Shown: piece by piece, positions 55,023-64,000 of the stretch
How the letters are laid out: every line of letters starts with the position of its first letter
How positions within the stretch are numbered: the first letter of the stretch is position 1
Assembly: GCF_009914755.1 (NCBI RefSeq)
Contig: NC_060940.1
DNA: 64,000 nt
Strand: one strand, 5' to 3'
Origin: the human T2T-CHM13v2.0 reference genome, Homo sapiens
Position numbers and translations under genes: made by a program
The notes under the pieces: model-generated
What the model saw: the letters and a program-made list of their open reading frames with translations, nothing else
The model's database searches: none
What the model was told of the DNA's origin: nothing

Positions 55023-58000
55023 CGCTTGCGTTCAATGATGATTCCACTTGAGTCCGTTAGAAGATTCTATTCAAATACATTCCATGACGATTCCGTTCGA
55101 GTCCATTTGATGATTCCATTAGACTCCATTCGACGATGATTCCATTCGATGTTATTCGATGATTCCATTCGATCTCATTCGATGATGATTCCATTCAACT
55201 CCATTCGATGTTTCCATTCGAGTTCATTCTATTATTCCATTAGATTCCATTCGATGATGATTCCATTCGATTCCATTTGATGATTGCATTCTATTTCATT
55301 TGATGATGATTCCATTCGAGTCCACTCGATGATTCCATTCGAGTCCATTTAATGAATCCATTGGTTTCAATTCTATGATGATTACATTGGATTCCATTCT
55401 TTGATGATTTCATTCGTTTCCATTCAATGATGATTCCATTCAATTCCTTTCAATGTTTCCATTCAATTCCATACGATGATGATTCCATTTGATTTGATTC
55501 GACAGTGAGCCATTCGATTCAATTCCATGATGATTCTATTTTATTCAATTGGTTGACATTTCCATTCGATTCCATTCGATGATGATTCCCTTTGATTCCA
55601 TTCCAATATGATTCCATTCTAGCCCATTCAATCATTCCATTCGATTCTATTCAATGATGATTCCATTCATGTCGATTTGGTGATTCCATTTGACTTCATT
55701 TGATGATGATTCCTTTCAAGTTCATTAGATGATTCCATTCGATTCCATTTGATGATGATCCCATTCGAGTCCATTTGATGATTCCATTCGTTTCCATTCC
55801 ATGATGATTCCATTCCATTCCATTCAATGATTCCATTCGATTCCGTTTGGTGATGATTTCATTCGAGTCCATTTGATGATTCCATTTGATTCCATTCGAT
55901 GATGATTCCATTCGAGTCCATTCGATGATTCTATTCGAATCCACTTGATGATTTCTTTTGATTATAGTTGGTGATGATTCCATTGGAGTCCATTCAATGA
56001 TTCCATTCGATTCCAATCGATGGTGATTCCATTAGAGTCCATTTAATGATTCCATTTGATTCCAGTCTCTGATGATTACATTCGAGTCCATACGATGATT
56101 CCACTCAATTCCATATGATGATGATTCCATTCGATTCCATTCGATGATTCCATTCTATTGTAATCGGTGATGATTCCATTCGATTCCATTCGATCATGAT
56201 TGGATTCGATTCCATTTGATGATTTCATTTGATTCCATTCGTTAATGATTTCGATCAACTCCATTCGATGATTCCATTTGATTCCATTCGATAATGATTA
56301 CATCCGAGTCCATTCGATGATTCCATTTGAGCCCGTTCGATAATTCCATTTGAGTCCAATCAATGATTCCATTCATTTCCATTCAATGATTCCATTCGAG
56401 TCCATTTGATCATTCTGGTAGGGTCCGTTCGATGTTGATTCCATTGGAGTGCATTCGATGATTCCATTCGAGTCCATTTTATGATTTGATTCGAGTCCTT
56501 TCGATGATTCCATTCGATTCCACTCGATGATGATTTCATTCGAGTCCATTCGACACTTCCAATCGATTTCATTTGATGTTTCCATTCGAGTCCAATTGAT
56601 GATTCAATTCCATTCGATGATGATTCCGTACGATTCCATTCTGTGATGATTCCATGTGATTGCATTCAATGATGATTCCTTTCGATTGCATTCGATTGTG
56701 ATTCATTTCGTGTTCATTCTATGGTTCCACAGGTTTCCATTCGTGTCCATTCCATTATTCCATTCTATTCCATTTCATGATGATTCCATTCGATTCCATT
56801 CATTGGTGATTCCACTCAATTCCATTCAATGATTCCATTCCATTTCTTTCAACAATGATTCCATTAGTTTCTAATCGATGATCCACTTGATTCCATTTGA
56901 TGACGATTCCATTCTTGTCCATTCGATGATTCCATTTCATTCCATATGATGATGATTCCATTCGATTCCATACGATGATGATTCCATTCGAGTCCATTCA
57001 ATGGTGATTCCATTCGATTCCATTCCATGATTCCTTTTGATTCCATTCGATGATGATGGCATTCGATTCCTTTCAATCATTCCCTTTGATTCCATTCAAA
57101 GGTGATTTCATTCAAGTCCATTCGATAATTGCATTCGATTCCATTCTATGATGATTCCATTCGAGTCCATTTGATGATTCCATTCAATTCAAGTCAATGA
57201 TGATTCCATTCGATTCCATTCGATGATTCCATTGGATTCCATTCGATGATGATTCCATTCAAATCCATTTGATAATTCAATTCAAGTCCATTCGATGATG
57301 ATTCCAATCGAATCCATTCAAAGATTCCATTCAGTTCCATTCGATGATAACCTTAGATTCCATTCGATGATTCCACTTGTTTCCATTTACGATGATTCCA
57401 TTCGATTCCATGTGATGATTCCATTCAATTCTATTCAATGATGTCTCCATTTGATTCCATTCGACCATGATTGCCTTTGCTTCCATTCAATGTTTCCATT
57501 CGGTTCCTTTTGATGATAATTCCGTTCGATTCCATTTGATGATTCCATTTGATTCCATTGGATGAGTCCATTCGATTACATTCGATGATTATTCCATTTG
57601 AGTGCATTAGATGATTCCATTCGAGTCCATTCGATGATTCCATTCGATTCCATTCGATGTTGATTCTGTTCAAGTCCATTCGATGATTCCACTGGATTCC
57701 ATTCGAGGACTCCAGTTGATCCCATTCGATGATTTCCTTTGATTCCCTTTGATGATCATTCCATTTGATACAATTCGGTGATTTCATTTGATTCCATTCA
57801 GTGATGTTTCCATTCGACTCCATTCGATGATGATTCCATTCGACTCCATTCGATTATGATTTCATTCAATTCCATTCGATAATGATTCCCTTCGAGTCCA
57901 TTCGATGATTCCATTCGATTCCATTCAACGATTATTTGATTCGTGTCCGTTCGATGATTCCATTTGATTCCACTTGATGATGATTCCATTCGAGTCCATT

Positions 58001-58114
58001 TGATGATTCCATTCAATACCATTCTCCGATGATTTCTTTTGAGCCCACTCAATGCTTCCACTCGATTCCATATGATGATGACTCCATTCGATGAAATTCG
58101 ATGATGATTCCATT
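55023..58114 (+). repeat. Internally deleted unit, 3092 bp
   Basis: Landmarks at 55023 and 58115. At ~56155 the sequence jumps from reference ~2238 to ~5265. Confidence 0.82.
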
Positions 58115-60269
58115 CGCTTGCTTTCAATGATGATTCCACTTGAGTCCGTTAGAAGATTCTATTCAATTACATTCCATGACGATTCCGTTCGAGTCCATTT
58201 GATGATTCCATTAGACTCCATTCGACGATGATTCCATTCGAAGTTATTCGATGATTCCATTGGATCTCATTCGATGATGATTCCATTCAACTCCATTCGA
58301 TGTTTCCATTCGAGTTCATTCTATTATTCCATTAGATTCCATTCGATGATGATTCCATTCGATTCCGTTTGATGATTGCATTCTATTTCATTTGATGATG
58401 ATTCCATTCGAGTCCACTCAATGATTCCATTCGAGTCCATTTAATGAATCCATTGGTTTCAATTCTATGATGATTACATTGGATTCCATTCGTTGATGAT
58501 TTCATTCGGTTCCATTCAATGATGATTCCATTCAATTCCTTTCAATGTTTCCATTCAATTCCATACGATGATGATTCCATTTGATTTGATTCGACAGTGA
58601 GCCATTCGATTCAATTCCATGATGATTCTATTTGACTCAATTGGTTGACATTTCCATTCGATTCCATTCGATGATGATTCCCATTGAATTCCATTCAAAG
58701 ATGATTCCATTCTAGCCCATTCAATCATTCCATTCGATTCTATTCAATGATGATTCCATTCATGTCGATTTGGTGATTCCATTTGACTTCATTTGATGAT
58801 GATTCCTTTCAAGTTCATTAGATGATTCCATTCGATTCCATTTGATGATGATTCCATTCCATTCCATTCAATGATTCCATTCGATTCCGTTTGATGATGA
58901 TTTCATTCGAGTCCATTTGATGATTCCATTTGATTCCATTCGATGATGATTCCATTCGAGTCCATTCGATGATTCTATTCGAATCCATTTGATGATTACT
59001 TTTGATTATATTTGGTGATGATTCCATTGGAGTCCATCCAATGATTCCATTCGATTCCAATCGATGATGATTCCATTAGAGTCCATTTAATGATTCCATT
59101 TGATTCCAATCTCTGATGATTACATTCGAGTCCATACGATGATTCCACTCAATTCCATATGATGATGATTCCATTCGATTCCATTCGATGATTCCATTCT
59201 ATTCTATTCAATGGTGATTCCATTCGAGTACATTAGATGATTCCATTCGATTCCATTCAATGATGATTCTATTTGTGTCCCTTAGATGGTTCCACATGAT
59301 TCCATTACATGATGATACTATTTGAGCCCATCCAATGATTCCCTTCGATTCCATTCGATGAGGATTCCATTCGATTCAATTCATTGGTGATTCTATTCAA
59401 TTCAATTCTTTGATTCCATTCCATTCCATTCGACAATGATTCCATTCGATTTCTTTCGATGATTCCACTCGATTCCACTTGACATTGATTCCATTCGATT
59501 CCATTCAATGATTCCGTTTGATTCCAGTGGATGATGATTGCCATCGATTCCATTCGATCACTCCATTCTATTCCATTTGATGATGATTACATTCGATTCC
59601 ATTTGATGATTCCATCTGATTCTATTCGAGGATTCCATTTGATTCCATTCGATGATGATTCCATTCGAGTCCATTCGATGATTTCATTCGAGTACATCCA
59701 ATGATTCCATTCGAGTCCATTTGATGATTCCATTTGATTCCATTTGATTATGATTCTACTAGAGTCCATTCAATGACTCCATTCGAATCCATTCATCAAT
59801 TCCATTCGAGTCCATTCGATGATTCCATTTCATGATTCCATTCGAGTCCATTTAATCATTACAGTCAAGTCCGTTTGGTGATTCCACTGGATTTCTTTTG
59901 ATAATGATACCATTCAATTACATTTGATGATGATCCCATTCAATTTCATTTGATGATGATTCCATTAGAGTCCATTCGATGATTTCATTCGAGTCCCTTC
60001 ATTGATTCCATCCGATTTCATTTGATGATGACTCCATTCGAGTTCATTCGATGATTCCACTCGATTCCATTAGATGATTCCATTGGAGTCCATTTCATTG
60101 TTCCATTCGATTCCATTCGATTCCTTTCGAAGATTATTCCATTTGAGTCCATTCGATGATGATTCCATTCCATTCCATTCGATGATTCCGTTTGATTCCA
60201 TTCGATGATTCCCTTCGATTCCTTTCTTTGATGATTCCATTCCATTCCATTCAATGATTCCATTCGAAT

Positions 60270-63200
60270 CTATTCCATGATGATTCCTTGCGATTCCATT
60301 CGCTGATGTTTCCGTTCAATTCCATTCGATGATGATTCCATTCGATTCCATTCATTGAGGATTCCATTTGATTCCATTCAATGATGATTCCGTTCTATTC
60401 CATTCAATGATTGCATTCAATTCCATTCAATGATTATCCCCTTAGAGTAAACTCAATGATTCCATTCAATAGCATTCGATGATGATTCCTTTTGAGTCCA
60501 TTCAATGATTTCATTCAAGTCCATTTGATGATTCCTTTCAATTCCATTCTATGATGATTCCATTCGAGTCCATTCGATGATTCCATTCAATTGCATTCGA
60601 TGATTCCATTATATTCCAGTCAACGATGATTCCATTCGAGTCCATTCGATGATTCCATTAGAGTACATTTAATGATTGCTTTGTTTTCAATTCGAAGATG
60701 ATTACATTGGATTCCATTCTATGATACCATTCGATTCCATTCAATGATGATTCCACTCAAATCCATTGGATGATTCCATTCGTGTCCGTTCGGTGATTTC
60801 ATTAGATTCCATTCGAGGATGATTCCATTCGATTCCATTCGATTATTCCGTTCAATTCCATTCGATGATGATTCCATTCCAGTCCATATGATCATTCCAT
60901 TTGATTTCATTCGATGATGATTCCATTCGATTCCATTCGATGATTCCATTCTATTCCATTCGATGATGATTCCATTCGAGTCCATTCGATGATTCCATTC
61001 GAGTCCATTTAATGATTCCATTGGGTTCAATTCAATGATGATTACATTGGATTCTGTTCTATGATTCCATTCAATTCCGTTCATTGACAATTTGATTCCA
61101 TTCGATGATGATTCCATTTGAGTTCATTCGATGATTCTATTCGATTCTCTTCGATGGTGATTCAATTCTATTATATTGGATGATTCCATTCGATTCCATT
61201 TGATGTTGATTCAATTCGATTCTATTCGATGATGATTCCATTGGATTTCACTTGATGATTCTATTCGATTCCATTCAATGATGATTCACTTCTCGTCCAT
61301 TGGATGATTTCATTTCATTCCATTCGATGATGATTCCATTCGATTCCTTTCGATGATTCCATTTGATTCCATGCGACGGTGAGCAATTCGATTCAATTCC
61401 ATGATGATTCTATTTGATTCAATTAGATGATGTTTCCATTCGAATCCATTCCATGATTATTCCATTGGAATCCATTTGGCGATGATTCCATATGAGTCAA
61501 TTCAATGATGATTCCATATGGGTCCGTTCGATGATAATTCCATTTGATTTCATTCGATGCTTCTATTCAATTCCAGTCGATGATGATTCCGTTGGAGTCC
61601 ATACGATGATTCCATTTGATTTCATTTGATGATGATTCCATTCGATGATGATTACATTGTATTCCATTCTATGATTCCATTCAATTCCATTCGTTGATGA
61701 TTCGATTCCATTCAATGATGATTCCATTTGAGTTCATTCGATGATTCTATTCGATTCCGTTCGATGGTGATTCAATTCTATTATATTGGATGATTCCACT
61801 CGATTCCATTTGATGATTATTCCATTGGAGTCCACTTAGTGAATCCTTTAGATTCTACTCGAAGATGATTCCATTCGAGTCCATTCGATGATACCATTCA
61901 ATTCCATTCGTTGATGCTTCCATTCAAGTGCATTCGATGATATCATTCGATTCCATTTGATGATAATTCCATTTGATTCCATGCGATGATTCTATTCGAT
62001 TCCATTCAATGATAATTCCATTCAATTCAGTGATTCCTCTGGACTCCATTTGATGATGATTCCATTCAATGATTCCGTTCGATTCTATTCCAAAATGATT
62101 CCATTTGAATCCATTTGATGATGATTCCATTAGATTCCATTTGATGATTCCATTCGATTCCATTTGACGATGATTCCATTCGATTCCATTTGCTGATTCC
62201 ATTCTATTCTATTCGATGACGATTCCATTCGATTCCATTCGATGATGATTGGATTCGATTCCATTTGATGATTTCATTTGATTCCATTCGTTAATGATTT
62301 TGATCAACTCCATTCGATGATTCCATTTAATTCCATTCGATAATGATTACATCCGAGTCCATTCAATGATTCCATTTGAGCCCGTTCGATAATTCCATTT
62401 GAGTCCAATCAATGATTCCATTCATTTCCATTCAATGATTCCATTCGAATCTATTCCATGATGATTCCTTGCGATTCCATTCGCTGATGTTTCCGTTCAA
62501 TTACATTCGATGATGATTCCATTCGATTCCATTCATTGAGGATTCCATTTGATTCCATTAAATGATGATTCCGTTCTATTCCATTCAATGATTGCATTCA
62601 ATTCCATTCAATGATTATCCCCTTAGGGTAAACTCATTGATTCCATTCAATACCATTCGATGATGATTCCTTTTGAGTCCATTCAATGATTTCATTCAAG
62701 TCCATTTGATGATTCCTTTCAATTCCATTCTATGATGATTCCATTCGAGTCCATTCGATGATTCCATTCAATTGCATTCGATGATTCCATTATATTCCAG
62801 TCAACGATGATTCCATTCGAGTCCATTCGATGATTCCATTAGAGTACATTTAATGATTGCTTTGTTTTCAATTCGAAGATGATTACATTGGATTCCATTC
62901 TATGATACCATTCGATTCCATTCAATGATGATTCCACTCAAATCCATTGGATGATTCCATTCGTGTCCGTTCGGTGATTTCATTAGATTCCATTCGAGGA
63001 TGATTCCATTCGATTCCATTCGATGACTGCATTCAATTCCATTCGATGATGATTCCATTCCAGTCCATATGATCATTCCATTTGATTTCATTCGATGATG
63101 ATTCCATTCGATTCCATTCGATGATTCCATTCTATTCCATTCGATGATGATTCCATTCGAGTCCATTCGATGATTCCATTCGAGTCCATTTAATGATTCC

Positions 63201-64000
63201 ATTGGGTTCAATTCAATGATGATTACATTGGATTCCGTTCTATGATTCCATTCAATTCCGTTCATTGACAATTTGATTCCATTCGATGATGATTCCATTT
63301 GAGTTCATTCGATGATTCTATTCGATTCTCTTCGATGGTGATTCAATTCTATTATATTGGATGATTCCATTCGATTCCATTTGAAGTTGATTCAATTCGA
63401 TTCTATTCGATGATGATTCCATTGGATTTCACTTGATGATTCTATTCGATTCCATTCAATGATGATTCACTTCTCGTCCATTGGATGATTCCATTTCATT
63501 CCATTCGATGATGATTCCATTCCATTCCTTTCGATGATTCCATTTGATTCCATGCGACGGTGAGCAATTCGATTCAATTCCATGATGATTCTATTTGATT
63601 CAATTAGATGATGTTTCCATTCGAATCCATTCCATGATTATTCCATTGGAATCCATTTGGCGATGATTCCATATGAGTCAATTCAATGATGATTCCATAC
63701 GGGTCCGTTCGATGATAATTCCATTTGATTTCATTCGATGCTTCTATTCAATTCCAGTCGATGATGATTCCGTTGGAGTCCATACGATGATTCCATTTGA
63801 TTTCATTTGATGATGATTCCATTCGATGATGATTACATTGGATTCCATTCTATGATTCCATTCAATTCCATTCGTTGATGATTCGATTCCATTCAATGAT
63901 GATTCCATTTGAGTTCATTCGATGATTCTATTCGATTCCGTTCGATGGTGATTCAATTCTATTATATTGGATGATTCCACTCGATTCCATTTGATGATTA
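60270..64000 (+). repeat. 2181-bp period partial-unit repeat, truncated by the window end
   Basis: ORF 60719->62900 (+2181). At ~62450 the sequence jumps from reference ~5500 back to ~3310. Confidence 0.82.

Larger units (their letters stand above)
1..64000 (+). repeat. Human satellite 2 (HSat2/HSATII) array, CATTC strand on +; probably HSat2B (~6.1-kb higher-order unit)
   Basis: Continuous CATTCGATTC / CATTCGAGTC / GATGAT motifs with abundant TCGA from base 1 to 64000. CATTCGATTC enrichment separates HSat2 from HSat3, which is CATTCCATTC-rich. Period of about 6.1 kb from repeated landmarks (ORFs 784->6934, 2339->8489, 2621->8771, all +6150). Confidence 0.97.

Noticed and set aside
417-63298. 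The many short minus-strand ORFs (MESSNGIEWNH-type, 60-132 aa)
   Set aside because: These are translations of the (GAATG)n strand, which supplies many ATGs and fewer stops than the TGA-rich + strand. They are low complexity, overlap in several frames, show no domains and are broken by stops between copies. Not called as CDS.
1-64000. CRISPR-like repeat/spacer array
   Set aside because: The 23/26-bp monomers are contiguous and degenerate, with no unique spacers, no invariant direct repeat and no cas genes.
1-64000. HSat3 or heat-shock-factor satellite
   Set aside because: Pure CATTC runs are short (about three copies); the dominant motif is CATTCGATTC with GAT triplets, which is HSat2.
1-64000. 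Strand inversion or large palindrome
   Set aside because: No GAATG-oriented tract was seen on the + strand; only short local palindromes such as TCGA, ATCGAT and CATATG occur.

Overview
The whole 64-kb window is one uninterrupted block of primate (human-type) classical satellite 2 (HSat2/HSATII). It consists of diverged (CATTC)n pentamers arranged as CATTCGATTC/CATTCGAGTC + (GAT)2-3 monomers of about 23/26 bp, with the CATTC strand on + throughout. I see no inversion, Alu/L1 insertion, RNA gene or credible protein-coding gene; the ORFs in the track are translations of the GAATG strand. A higher-order unit of about 6.1 kb (6063-6150 bp) is present, which fits the HSat2B class best known from chr16 pericentromeric heterochromatin (chromosome assignment is inference). 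The informative signal is structural. A unique landmark (CGCTTGC) recurs at 1101, 7251, 18088, 27164, 33227, 36927, 43787, 47244, 55023 and 58115, giving spacings of 6150, 10837, 9076, 6063, 3700, 6860, 3457, 7779 and 3092 bp. The 10.8-kb unit carries four segments (762, 1022, 95 and 2831 bp) absent from the 6.1-kb unit and looks like a longer ancestral form. There is a near-identical 9076-bp tandem duplication, a 6860-bp duplication, a recurrent nested duplication of about 731 bp, and several microhomology junctions, four of which cluster at one position of the unit. I did not find a new gene-based system; the most novel content is the evolutionary architecture of the satellite. All alignments were done by eye, so boundaries are approximate.
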